64,000 nucleotides of DNA, taken from the NCBI RefSeq assembly GCF_026571515.1, contig NW_026866095.1, positions 1 to 64,000 of the forward strand, given 5' to 3'. The first letter of the stretch is position 1. Each line of letters begins with the position of its first letter. The position numbers were made by a program, and so were the translations under genes. Positions 1-18,172 of this stretch are shown here, one piece after another. The notes under the pieces are model-generated. The model made no database searches. It was given only the letters and a program-made list of their open reading frames with translations, and had not been told where the DNA came from. The stretch comes from Ruditapes philippinarum. Taxonomy: Eukaryota.

Positions 1-229
1 GATTGAGCTGTACATTTTTGTCTGCCCTTCCAAAAAATTTCTGATTGAAGGTATTAAAATTTTCACTTGCATTTTGCAAGTATGCAAATTCTTTAAGACA
101 AAATTAAGTCAAACTTAAAAAAATATTTATCAGAGATGACATTATGCATTATTTGTTAGACATGACACAGATGTTATGAGATGGAATTTGAAACTAAAGA
201 CATATCTAAGAGTTTATTATGTTTTCCAG

Positions 230-6312
<6,083 letters not shown>

Positions 6313-7151
6313 AGGCATCAAGCTTGCAATCATAATGAATTTGGCTTGAAATATAAACTCTAGCAAGTTAAGTGTGACAGAATACCAACTGTGATAATTG
6401 TGATAACCACCAACAACTGTAAATGTGCATTAATGATCACTATGTAGTTTGTTTCAAACCAAGAGAGAGGCAAACAAGGACTTTCATTGACAAGAGACTG
6501 TATCATTTACTATATTGTATATACAAAAGTGAAGTTCTTTATACCTACCCACATTGTCACTGGTCACGTACAGATACTGCTTTTAAAGGGGATTGATCTA
6601 CAATAGGAACTTTTTCCATAAGTATTTCAAATATTGATAGAAATGTATCATTGGATCTTCTTATAAAATAATTCTCTACAGTATACATGTTGATAAGGTT
6701 CTGAGTGATTAAGTATGAACATTTTTTCATGTTTGGTTCTAAATACTATCAACATAATTATTTATGATATTACACATCTTAGTTAATGGACTAATTTACT
6801 TAAAACATGGAATATTCTTACACAGTTACTAGGCAAGAGTATATAACTCATATTTTTGTTATAGTTATGCCCCTATTTTGACTGACAACTATTCAGAAAT
6901 ATTATATTATACTGCTATAATGAACAGAGAATAGTCCAGTAGATCAATAAATTGACTTTAAAATACTTTAGATAGACAACAACTATACAGCTCAAGATCT
7001 GTAACTCTAGCTGGACCTTTTTTTTTAAATATCTTTTCATTTTTTTGTAGAGTATAGGTCAGTTAAAATATGAGAGATTTACTTGTTAATAGGAAGTAAA
7101 TAGGAGAAGTGCAGTGTCAAAGAATTTTAACTGTACTTTAAAAAAAATGTC

Positions 7152-7396
7152 CAAGGCATTGACTTGAAACTAAATGTATGTAAATATATAGTTAAGAGGG
7201 AAGGTGCATTGTCTAATAATAGTCTACAAGGCATTGACTTGAAACTTAATGTATGTAAATATATAGTTAAGAGGGAAGGTGCATTGTCTAATAATAGTCT
7301 ACAAGGCATTGACTTGAAACTTAATGTATGTAAATATATAGTTAAGAGGGAAGGTGCATTGTCTAATAATAGTCTACAAGGGAATTACTTGAAACT
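7152..7396. repeat. Minisatellite, about 3.2 x 75 bp, in the putative NVL 3' UTR
   Basis: Near-identical units caaggcattgacttgaaac...aataatagtcta start at 7152, 7227 and 7302, with a partial unit at 7377. Confidence 0.95.
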
Positions 7397-7570
7397 CGTG
7401 ATAAAGACATCTTAATTATTTTTTAGAAACCACATCATGTTTTTTGTAAAATGCCAACTTAGATACTCTAATTCAAGACTTTAAAGATTTTAAAACAAAA
7501 ACAAACTTTCAACAAACTAGCTTGTACAATTATTGACCAAGTCATTGTTTAATTTATTATTTTATGAAAC

Positions 7571-7606
7571 AATAAAAGATATTAGGAGATGTTTTGTTGT
7601 TTGTTG
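7571..7606 (+). terminator. Probable NVL polyadenylation signal
   Basis: AATAAA at 7571-7576 followed by a GT/T-rich element (gttttgttgtttgttg), about 1.26 kb after the stop codon. Confidence 0.5.
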
Positions 7607-7814
7607 CTTCAGAGAGTAGAGCCCCTTGGATGATGGTATAGAGTATATTTAAATCCTGTTAGTGAAGTTTACAAAGTGGCTATAGCTTTGTTATTTATGA
7701 AAGAATTGTCCTCATACATGAACACAATCCATGGGGATACACCTTCAAGTTGATGAGACTAACATTGATCTTTATTCATAAATGACCTTTACTTGCCAGG
7801 TCCAGTTATTGATA

Positions 7815-9191
7815 TTTTTTATGCCCCCCTTCGAAGAAGAGGGGGTATATTGTTTTGCTAATGTCGGTCTGTCTGTCTGTCGGTCTGTCCGTCGGTAGAC
7901 CACATGGTTTCCGCTGATTATCTTGAAAAGTGTTTTTCACAAAGTCTTCATATTTCACATAGTGATTGGTCATAACTAGTAGATGACCCCTATTGATTTT
8001 GGGGTCACTAGGTCAAAGGTCAAGGTCACAGGGACCTTAAATATCAAAATGGTTTCCGCTGATTATCTTGAAAAGTATGTATCAAAAAGTCTTCATATTT
8101 CACACAGTGATTTGTCATAACTAGTAGATGACCCCTATTGATTTTGGGGTCACTAGGTCAAAGGTCAAGGTCACAGGGGCCTTAAATGTCAAAATGGTTT
8201 CCGCTGATTATCTTGAAAAGTATGTATCTCAAAGTCTTCATATTTCACATAGTGATTGATCATCACTAGTAGATGACCCCTATTGATTTTGGGGTCACTA
8301 GGTCAAAGGTCAAGATCACAGGGACCTTAAAATGTCAAAATGGTTTCCGCTGATTATCTTGAAAAGTATTTATCACAAAGTCTTCATATTTCACATAGTG
8401 ATTGGTCATAACTAGTAGATGACCCCTATTGATTTTGGGGTCACTAGGTCAAAGGTCAAGGTCATAGGAGCCTTAAATGTCAAAATGGTTTCCGCTGATT
8501 ATCTTGAAAAGTGTGTATCACAAAGTCTTCATATTTCACACATTGATTGGTCATAACTACTAGATGTCCCCTATTGATTTTGGGGTCACTAGGTCAAAGG
8601 TCAAGGTCACAGGGACCTTAAAATGTCAAAATGGTTTCCGCTGATTATCTTGAAAAGTATGTATCACAAAGTCTTGATATTTCGCATAGTGATTGGTCAT
8701 AACTAGTAGATGACCCCTATTGATTTTGGGGTCACTAGGTCAAAGGTCAAGGTCACAGGGGCCTTGAATGTCAAAATGGTTTCCGCTGATTATCTTGAAA
8801 AGTATTCATCACAAAGTCTTCATATTTCACATAGTGATTTGCCATAACTAGTAGATGACCCCTATTGATTTTGGGGTCACTAGGTCAAAGGTCAAGGTCA
8901 CAGGGGCCTTAAATGTCAAAAGGGTTTCCGCTGATTATCTTGAAAAGTATTCATCACAAAGTCTTCATATTTCACTTAGTTATTGGTGATAAGTAGTAGA
9001 TGACTCCTATTGATTTAGGGGTCATTAGGTCAATGTCACATGGGCCTTAAATGTCAAAATGGTTTCTGTTGATTTTTCCATAATTGAACACTTCCATGTA
9101 CCCATTTTTGGCAAGTTTCTGTAATAAAATTACCAATTATGTGAGTCAATGGCTAGAAAGGGGGGTATATGTGTCGTTCGACATTCTTGTT
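7815..9191 (+). mobile_element. Helentron-associated non-autonomous element (HINE / pearl / DTC84-like) with a central tandem array
   Basis: T-rich insertion site; 5' subTIR atgccccccttc with adjacent palindrome; (GTCT/GTCC)n microsatellite; central repeat array; 3' subTIR gaaaggggggtat; terminal hairpin tgtcg-tt-cgaca; cttgtt end. Confidence 0.85.
7904..9068. repeat. Satellite-like array of 8 x 145-146 bp inside the HINE
   Basis: Units start at 7904, 8049, 8194, 8340, 8485, 8631, 8776 and 8921 (last one shortened), with a partial unit at 9059. Confidence 0.95.
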
Positions 9192-10642
9192 TCAAAATTT
9201 TTGATGTAACTGACTACAACTTTATTATTATACCTTCCAAATCGATCTCAGGAACCGGCAGATAAATTCACTTGAAATACAATAAATAATAAAATTATGC
9301 AATATCAGAATGCACTATATGTTTTAAGTTTGATTACTCTAATAGGTACTTTGACATAATTTAGTCCTTTATTCAAATAGGCTTCAAAAGACTAATTTTT
9401 CTTTTCATTAATTATCTCCCATCTTTTTCAACGAAAAAAAGGTTAGCAGATGATTATACTCTTTTTAGCAAGGCAGCTAATTGTAATTATTATTGGTACA
9501 CATTTGAATTATCATACAATATAGGCCCAGTTCAAATTTGACTTCAAACCGCGTAATTTTCAAGTAGTTAGGGTGGGGGTATACATTATCTTCAGTGATA
9601 GTTTCTTTAAGAAACACAATTTCTTAAAAGTCATCACATTGATCGGAACTGCCAGTAAAACCACACTGTCTGACTGTAACACCAATCATCTACTAGAATG
9701 GGAGCATGATGTTAGTATATTCTGTTGTTTTGAGCTTTACTGTCGTTACGATGAAACGGCCTTTTGTCGGGCTTTATTTTAGCTTTTTTTAAGGATTCTT
9801 TTCTGAAATATGACAATATGTTGAAATCTAATTAGGTAGTAAACGTATACTTGCCTGCCATAATAACATAACGGCAAACTTCTTTGCCTTCTGAATGACC
9901 TGCGACATAAAATGACGTCCGACATGATCTTGAGTTAATGTCAAATACAAAGTTCAGAAAATATTTCAGGACATGTAAGCTTTATGATATGATCGGGTTA
10001 TTTGTGTCTTAGTTAAGGAATCAAAACTTAATGCGATGTCTAGCCATCAACTTGGCGATAATAATCATCAAACAGAAAGAAAGTTACACACCCTAATTGT
10101 CTACCCTTACATTACAATGCCTTTATTCCCAGAATATTTTCCTATATATCGAGTTTTCTTTTTATTGCTCTTTATGGCATTTTGTAACAGACATTTGTAC
10201 TTGACATGTTACCATGATCCTGTCCGATGTAGAGGCAAGTTATCACGAATCTGTCCGCGACATTTGATTGGCTGGCCTACAAAATGTACGAGATTTGTCA
10301 ATATGGATTGTTCGTTGAAAACAGAATGCGATGTCGACAATAATCGTCAAAATTTTGACGTGTGCCGGTTTGCACAATTTTTGATTTTTTAAATAAAAAA
10401 TTAAAACGTTTTTTTTTTCTGTTAAATTTTCCGTGTTAGATATTTCGAGTGAATAAACTATACTAATTCTTACGCAAAAATGCAAATACATGTAGTTACA
10501 TTTTTAAATCGAGCTTTAGATATTTCAGTCGTAACATGAAATTTCCGATAATCTTTGGTGTAATATTAATTGTTTTCAAGATTTATGTCAGTTTATTCGA
10601 GACCAGACACTGTTGTATGTATAAATAATTGATACAAATATT

Positions 10643-10881
10643 TGAGCCGCGCCATGACAAAACCAACATAATGGGTTTGCGACCAGCATGGATCCAGACC
10701 AGCCTGCGCATCCGGGCAGTCTGATCAGGATCCATGCTGTTCGCTATCAGTTTCTCTACTTGTTATATAGGGTTTGTAAGCGAACCGCATGGATCCTGAT
10801 CAGTCTGCGCGGACGCGCAGGCTGGTCTGGATCCATGCTGGTCGCAAACCCATTATGTTGGTTTTGTCATGGCGCGGCTCA
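10643..10881. mobile_element. Palindromic MITE (family A)
   Basis: Long inverted arms tgagccgcgccatgacaaaaccaacataatgggtttgcgaccagcatggatccagaccagcctgcg / reverse complement. Other copies at 40533, 44067 and 56933. Confidence 0.9.
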
Positions 10882-11641
10882 TTTGTTATTTATTTAAGTT
10901 AATCCTTACGGAGTAGCAATCGATCTATTAGTTACGTATGTAGCGGAGTGCTTGCATGGTCATACACATGAATGCATACTTTTACAGAATGTTATTTTAG
11001 TGTTTTACATGTTAAAATATTCATTGTAGAAGCTTTCACAAAAGTAGTTTTAATGCATTATTTAAAATGAGTTTGTCGAGCAATAGATGTAAAAACTTAT
11101 AAAAAAAATTCTAGAATTCCGATTTCTAAATAAAGTTAAAAGCATGAGTCCGAGAGATGTGTCAAGATATCTTAGTCACGTGACGAACTTTAAAATACAA
11201 GGGCAAATTCTTCTAATACGAAGTGATTTAATATTTTGACAAAAAAGTCGACCAAATAACAGGAGTTGTCACGACCTGGTAACCTAGTAAAATTGAAATC
11301 AAGACCCCATGTTATACCAGTCTATTAACCAAAAACAATAAGATTGTTCGTTATTGGAGGGTTATAGTATATTGATTTCATGGTTTGTCTCAAGATTGCT
11401 TATTATTGAATAAGTTACTCTGTGACTAGTTAAACTAGTGCCTAATTACGCTGCACTGTACATATGTAATTAGTAATCTGATATATATATATATATATAT
11501 ATATATTCGTCGTATACGTCGTAATGTGTGTATTTTTAAAAGAAGTACGGAAATAAACCCCCAAATTGTATATATTGTTTTCATGCACTAGTATTTTTGT
11601 AAATTATCGTTGTGGTCTATTATGTCTGACGACAAACTTAA

Positions 11642-11949
11642 AGGCCCATTATGCCTCAGAAATGCTACCAATTTTATTTCTCAAAACCTCTTTATGTTTG
11701 GTATCTTGTTATAGATTCTACACTTAAAAAACCTTATCAGCTGTTTCTCTGTTGGCAAGTGGTTTAATTATAGTAAGTATTTTGTATGGAAGTCAAAATA
11801 CTACTTTGTTTACATTTTGCTACCTTTAAAATACATTACTAGATGCTCAAGGCTAACATGCTTTAAATTTATTATCTAAACATTATTAAACACATGTTTG
11901 ATATTTCTAAAGAATTGAAAGGTATGATTTTTTGAGGCATAATGTGCTT
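11642..11949. mobile_element. TTAA-flanked non-autonomous DNA transposon (Kolobok/piggyBac-type ends), family B
   Basis: ttaa|aggcccattatgcctca ... tgaggcataatgtgctt|ttaa. Related copies at about 38510-38826, 42130-42442, 55122-55484 and 57855-58215. Confidence 0.65.
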
Positions 11950-13811
11950 TTAAAGTGAAACCATTCAGGATATACTATCTGCTATTTTAGCCAATATTTT
12001 CTTTTGAATGTTGTGGCAGCTCTTAAGAGTGTGTGGATGGTAACTTTATTAATAATCTCTTGAGCAGACGACAATGAAATCATTTAATGGCAGATTTCCG
12101 AATTATTATTATCCATGTATTATTATTATTAATTCTGGTGCTATACATGTATTTATAGCGTGTTCTGTATTTTAGCTCACCTAGAACAAAGTGTGAGCGG
12201 TAAAACTGAGTAGGTGATAACTAATGTTCTAATGTGCCACTTGGCCAATTATATGAATTCATGGCATCAAACACTTTTATGCTTGTTCAAATAATTAAGC
12301 ATCATGCAGAAGTGCATGATAATCTCCTGAAAGACAGTTAGGTACATGTATATAGTTCAGATATAGTATGCTGTAACATTTCCTTCCGAGCCTCTCTCAC
12401 TTGTACTTAGCGTGTTCAACTTAAGACTTTGGGGACTAAGGATTCTTGTTTGCAAATATCTTCTTTCCTGAATAGTCTTAGAGCTTAACAATTTATCATG
12501 TCATTCACTGTAAACCTGTATATCATGACACTGAGGTCTTTCCTCCAAGGGTGTCATAATTGATTCCTTCCAGGGTGCCATATGTTTGGAAGAAAAATGC
12601 ACTGTCATTTTACAATAGCTTATAAACTGATAAAGGTGAAACTATGAAACCATGTAATTTCATACAGACCTAACAAAGGAGAAATAATCTCCTGTTTGTA
12701 AAACATCAAACAACAACCCCACAAAAGCCCCTGAGACACATTACAGCATGTACATGTAGACATTAATGCGTGTAGCATGGCTTTGTGGGTCATTCTTTTC
12801 ACGGCATGACTTTTTGGGTGAAAATGGACTATGCCATTGACATGTAGGTATAGTTATAAACTTTAACCAGGTGAACCATAAAAAATCAATACAGTCCTCT
12901 TGTTCCAATGATTTCTACTTTTTTTCCATCTTAAGAGTGAATGCATTTTCAATGTTTTGTTAGGAAAGACGACAAGAATGAGTGTAAGTAATTGACTATT
13001 ATTTAAAATACAAATATTGAGCGTCCCTGACTTAATAATGACAAAGATTTTTTCAAAATAATTCTTTTATTGCATACAGAACTGTTTAAACTTTAACAAC
13101 AATATCACTAAATGTTTAATATGATAAACAGTTTTGATTGTACATTTTGTAAAGAATGTATTGTATAAAACATACTAAATTTATATCTCAAAACGATCGA
13201 AAATACATGATGTGGTTACATATAAGTATTTACATACATGGTCATATATCTTGACAGATTTCACTTGATCTTAAACTGTTTGAATTCGACAGTTGAACAT
13301 CTTTGCATTTATTTAGTCACTATTATAACACGCAGACGAAAATCTGACATGTTTATTTTGGATTTGTTAAATTCTTAAATTTCACTCGACAGTTGTACGA
13401 ACTGGTACCGCGGAAGATGACCATTTACCCTGTGAAGATGATAAACATTAGGCCTTTGTATCTATTTTATAGATATTTAAATCGCCACGCTGTGTCAAAA
13501 CTTAAAAAATGTAAACTTTGAGGTAAAAAGTTCAATCTAACAATACATAGTCTTTATAAGCGCATCATTTTAACCAAATTCGTGTTGAATGGTCAGTTGC
13601 AGCCGCGCATGAATAATAAAGATGACTTCCATAACGTTGTATGTATCCAATCTTAACGTAATATGACGTCATACTATGATGTCACACTTGATTCAGCGCA
13701 CCGTGAAGAACTGTGCATCACTGATGCCACACTGATTACGTTCTACAGATCATAATGAACATTAATATAACACTTTGCAACAACACTGACAACAATGTAT
13801 TTGTATTTTGT

Positions 13812-16800
13812 TCAAGTTGGATTTAAAGTTAAATCATCACGTTCGTCAGAGTTCAATCGTTCTTTTTTCCTGTCATACAGAATCATACACATTGCACTTA
13901 GGCTGAAAAGAGCTGATATAAGTGCACATACACAACCAAGGCAGCTGGCCACCAGCGAATATGGCGTCGAATACACTATATAACTATCCCATTGCCGTAG
14001 TATGTCCAATAAACGTCCTATTGGAATCATTAACAGTGCAGCTGTAAATAGAAAATAACTGATCAATCAATCAATCATTCGATCAATCAATATGTTTCAG
14101 CCACCCATTTGTAAAAATAGTAAACAGTTCGTGTTTTTGGTAAAACGACAACGCTTTCATACAACAATAACTCGGACCTTAGAATGATATATGAATATCA
14201 ACTCAATATATTTTCATAAAAACATGAATTTTTGAAAGGACGTTGAAAAACACCTATAAATTATCAGGAATTTAATCATTTGGATCATATATCGCTTTAT
14301 AAATAACTACTGGAGTAATGTTAGTATTTTACCAGCTATAAAACCTTATTTTAAAAAAATCCACCAGCGGTCTGCACCAATACATGCAGTCTGACCAGCC
14401 TCTATACTGTTGGAAGCTCAATTTTTATATGGCATGCCTCCAATTTTGACCGATTTACTCCAAATATAGAGTTGCGCAAATCCATTATGTAAACTCAGCA
14501 GAGTCAGATGGGGAAAAACTGGTCATCATGATATCTCCAATGTAAATAAACCCCCTGCTGACTCGACATAAAATACTAAATCTTGTTCAGTGCATGATCA
14601 CTTAATTTGTAACATTTACATTTTTTAAAGAGATCGTTGACTTTAAGCTGATTAGTTTCAGATTATCTCAATAGTTCAACAAACTTACAACGTTAATACT
14701 TGTAAATTACCTACATAACATCATACTAAAAGTAAAGTCAAACAATTATCTTTGTGACAATGATCTGATAGGATCTTATTTAAAGTGTGACCTAGAACAT
14801 AACACATAACCCTTAATTTTATTTACAAAAGTTAAAGGTACACGCCTCCAAATTTTCAGCAGATAACAGTAACATAAATGATAATAATAACGATGTATAT
14901 AACATCAGAAAAAACGTTGTATTAAATAAAAGTGTAAATATTTAGCATAAACACCATGCGTTTTTAAAACTACGTTGTTTATAAACCATACATAATGATC
15001 GTCAAATAAACCTATTTTCTAATCATTAACTTACCGGAAATGACTGATGCGAGAGCTGCCCAGCCAAGGTAAGATTTCGGACTGTGTGACATGTGTATGA
15101 ACCCATTCACCGTCAGTAAAACACCAGCAATACACAAAACAAATGCCAGCGTTACCTCAACTTGTAACTCTACCCAGTTTGTAAAATCAACTGAAAATGA
15201 ACAGAACAAATGAAATGTTTGCATAACCGTGTCAGTGCCTGACTCGCCCCTCAACGCTGTGCGTTCGAGTCCCGCCAAGGACCTTTGAATATTTCAGGAA
15301 AAGAAACTATCCAGCTAGCTTACGGTATATCGGTGGTCCGCTTGTGACTGAAATAATGCACGGAGAGTCACCTGAGGTTTTCCTCGACCAGTATAGCTGG
15401 GGAAGTCTCAATGTAACCATAACATAGTCATTAAGCATTAAAATAAACTAAAAAAAGTCGTTTACATAATTATATGTAAATACTTGCATAATACAGACTT
15501 AATAAGTAAGACACTTGGCAAATTTGTATGCAATGAGTGATGTGCATATAAACACCCGTATTGAAGATATCTTCAAATACGTTATGAAAGCATTGAATTA
15601 CTATAATGAATAAGGCTGCGTTCATATGAAATGATTGAATATATTAATCGATTTTAGTGATTTTACATCGACAAAGGCTTAGAGGGATAATCTTTATCTG
15701 ATATATAAGGCAAATAAGTCAAATCTACATACGTCACGTTTTATCTCTCTTTTCTCTCCAGCTCACATTAGTTACTATTTTAAATTTTTATTTGCCTATC
15801 GACTCATCGTATCTCATGAAAGCCTAGGCTGTCTTATAATTATAAAACCGAACGTTGTTATGTTCAAATAGCAGAATATTGAGTCAACATTTCTTTATAC
15901 AATGTGCACTCATGAATATATTATGTGGAAGCATCCGTTCATGAATTCAACTAAATATGATGTCAATGTGTCTTTATATGATGTCAATCTATCATGATAC
16001 GATGTGCATTTTTGAATATATTATGTGGAACCATCCTTATATAAGATCAATATAACAATATATTATGTCAATCTGTCCTTATATGATGTCAGTCTGTTAT
16101 TATATGATGTGAAGTTATGAATATATTATATGAAATAATTCTTATACTCGTATAGAGTCAATAATATATGATGTCAATGTCTCCTTATATTATATCAATC
16201 TATCATTATACGATGTGCTTTTTTCAGTATATTATGTTAAACCATCCTTATATAGAGTTAAAATACAATGTACCAGTATATTGTGCCGAATCATCCTTAA
16301 ATAGAGTCAACATAACAATGTATGATGTCAATATGTTACTATATGATGCCAATCTTTCATTATACATGTGCATTTATAAACATACCATGTCGAACCATTC
16401 TTATGAAGAGTCAACTTAACAATATAATTATGATGTAAATGTGTCCTTATAATTATGATGTAAATCTTTCATTGTATGATGTGCATTTATAAATATACTA
16501 TGTCGGACATTCTTATATAGGGTCAACATAACAATATATGATGTCAATGTGACCTTATATGATGTCAATCCTTCATTATATGATGTGCATTTATGAATAT
16601 ATAATGTTGATCATAGTGTTGATTATATAGAGTCATAATAACAGTATATTATGTCAGTATGTCCTTATATGATGAGAGTTTTTCATTATATGATGTGCAT
16701 TTACGAATATATAATGTGGGACCATTCTTATATATAGAGTTAGAATAACATTAATTATGTAGAATTGTCTTTATTTACTTAACAATATATGATGTCAATG

Positions 16801-18172
16801 TGTCCTTGTATGATGTCAATCTTTCATTATACGATGTGCATTTATGAATATATTATATGGATCCTTCCTTAAATGGAGTCAGAATAGTAATAATTATTAT
16901 ATATTATGTCAATCTGTCGTTAAAAATGCAAAATCATATCATGATAGATTGACATCATATATATTGGCCGATTATATTGTTAAATTAAATACATATAAAG
17001 ATGTTTCCAAAAAAACATTTATAAGTCCGCATGGTATAATGAAAGATTGACATAATATATTGATAAGTTGACACTATATAATAATGCTCCCACGTGATAT
17101 ATTCATAAACAAGCCGTCCGGTTAGCTCAATAGGTAGAGCGTTGGACTGTGAATTATGAACCCGGGTTCGATTCCCGGACGGCGCAGGTCACTTTCGTTG
17201 TAATTGAAATCCTTTCTACGGTCATTCGCACCGTACCTCTGCTCTGGCATGTACAAGGCAACTAGTACTCATAAACTGCTTGTCAGCCTGCCCAGGAACG
17301 ATGCGATGTTTGATCTGTGCTCTGGCGAATTCAATGTGGCTTACTGTTGTGATCCGGAGTGAAAACTACCACCACCACCATCACATATATTCATAAATGC
17401 ACATCGTATTTAAGAATAGATTGAAAGATTGACATAAGATATTGATTAAGTTGACACTATTGAGGCTACCACATAATATATATTCATAAAGTATTCATAA
17501 ATCCACATCGTATAAATAATAGGTCGACATCATATAAAGACACATTGACATCATAATTATATTGTTCAGTTGAATTCAAATATGGATCTTTCCACATAAT
17601 ATATTCATGAGTGCACATAGTGACATAACAACGTTCTTTTTTTATAATCATAAGACAGTCAAGGCCTTCCATAATATTTTGTAATTCAATGCGTTTGAAG
17701 TAATACAATGAAAACAAAACCCAAAGTCGACCCAAATATCTCAATGTATATCGTCAATGGTTGTAATTTAAACAACAGTATTTAAGTATGCTTTATCATT
17801 CGATGACCCTCCAAATGGATAAAATTTCAAGTTCACTGCAGGGTCACTCTTCGTCATGTAATTAAAGTTGGTATGTTTTATATATTTAACAAAATAAAAC
17901 TTACTTTTCGTATCACCGGCAACGTTGAATGGATTCACGACCCTCGTCATAGATGCCGTGCGGCATTGTGGAGAGTTATTGCACACCTGGATATACCAGA
18001 CCCCGGCACTCACTGTAAACCCCGACGGTTGCGACAGAACAATCCACCCTGGAGTCACAAATCCGATAAATTGCAATAATAATGCTAGGCCACTAGTTGA
18101 AACTGAAGTAATCAGAATAGTTCTGTACCAGAAATGTCCGTCTACTCTAGAACGTTGTCGTGTTAGAGGCAT
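13812..18172 (-). CDS. Claudin/PMP22/EMP-like four-transmembrane protein, about 217 aa. Exons 18172-17905, 15190-15035, 14041-13812.
   Basis: TM1 followed by TPGW...GVW-YIQVC-NNSPQC (claudin-superfamily ECL1 W-GLW-C-C signature), then TM2, TM3, PYS motif, TM4 and a charged tail. Both introns are phase 1 GT-AG and join into one open frame. Confidence 0.85.
15250..15425 (+). mobile_element. tRNA-derived SINE, family S1 (resembles molluscan RUDI/V-SINE), degenerate copy
   Basis: B-box gttcgagtccc followed by ctatccagctagcttacgg...gaaataatgcacgga...cacctgagg core shared with other copies in the window. Confidence 0.7.
15814..17674. mobile_element. Foldback-like element with inverted arms built of about 105-110 bp degenerate tandem subrepeats
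   Basis: 15814-15960 is the reverse complement of 17550-17674. Subrepeats (tatgatgtcaat...gatgtgcatttatgaatatat) run forward over 15900-16920 and reversed over 16935-17620. Confidence 0.75.
17113..17380 (+). mobile_element. tRNA-derived SINE, family S2, with (ACC)n tail; inserted in the foldback element
   Basis: A-box tagctcaataggtagagc, B-box ggttcgattcc, body tttctacggtcattcgc..., tail actaccaccaccacca. Second copy at 48961-49206. Confidence 0.85.

Noticed and set aside
7127-7415. 25-aa repeat proteins
   Set aside because: Translation of the 75-bp UTR minisatellite.
7904-9068. CRISPR-like array
   Set aside because: Whole 145-bp units repeat with no unique spacers, there are no cas genes, and the context is eukaryotic.
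10688-10897. ORF MDPDQPAHP... (and 44067-44309)
   Set aside because: Lies entirely within the palindromic MITE.
17113-17184. Functional tRNA-His(GTG) gene
   Set aside because: The anticodon and T/acceptor stems are incomplete, and it continues into a SINE body shared with 48961-49206.
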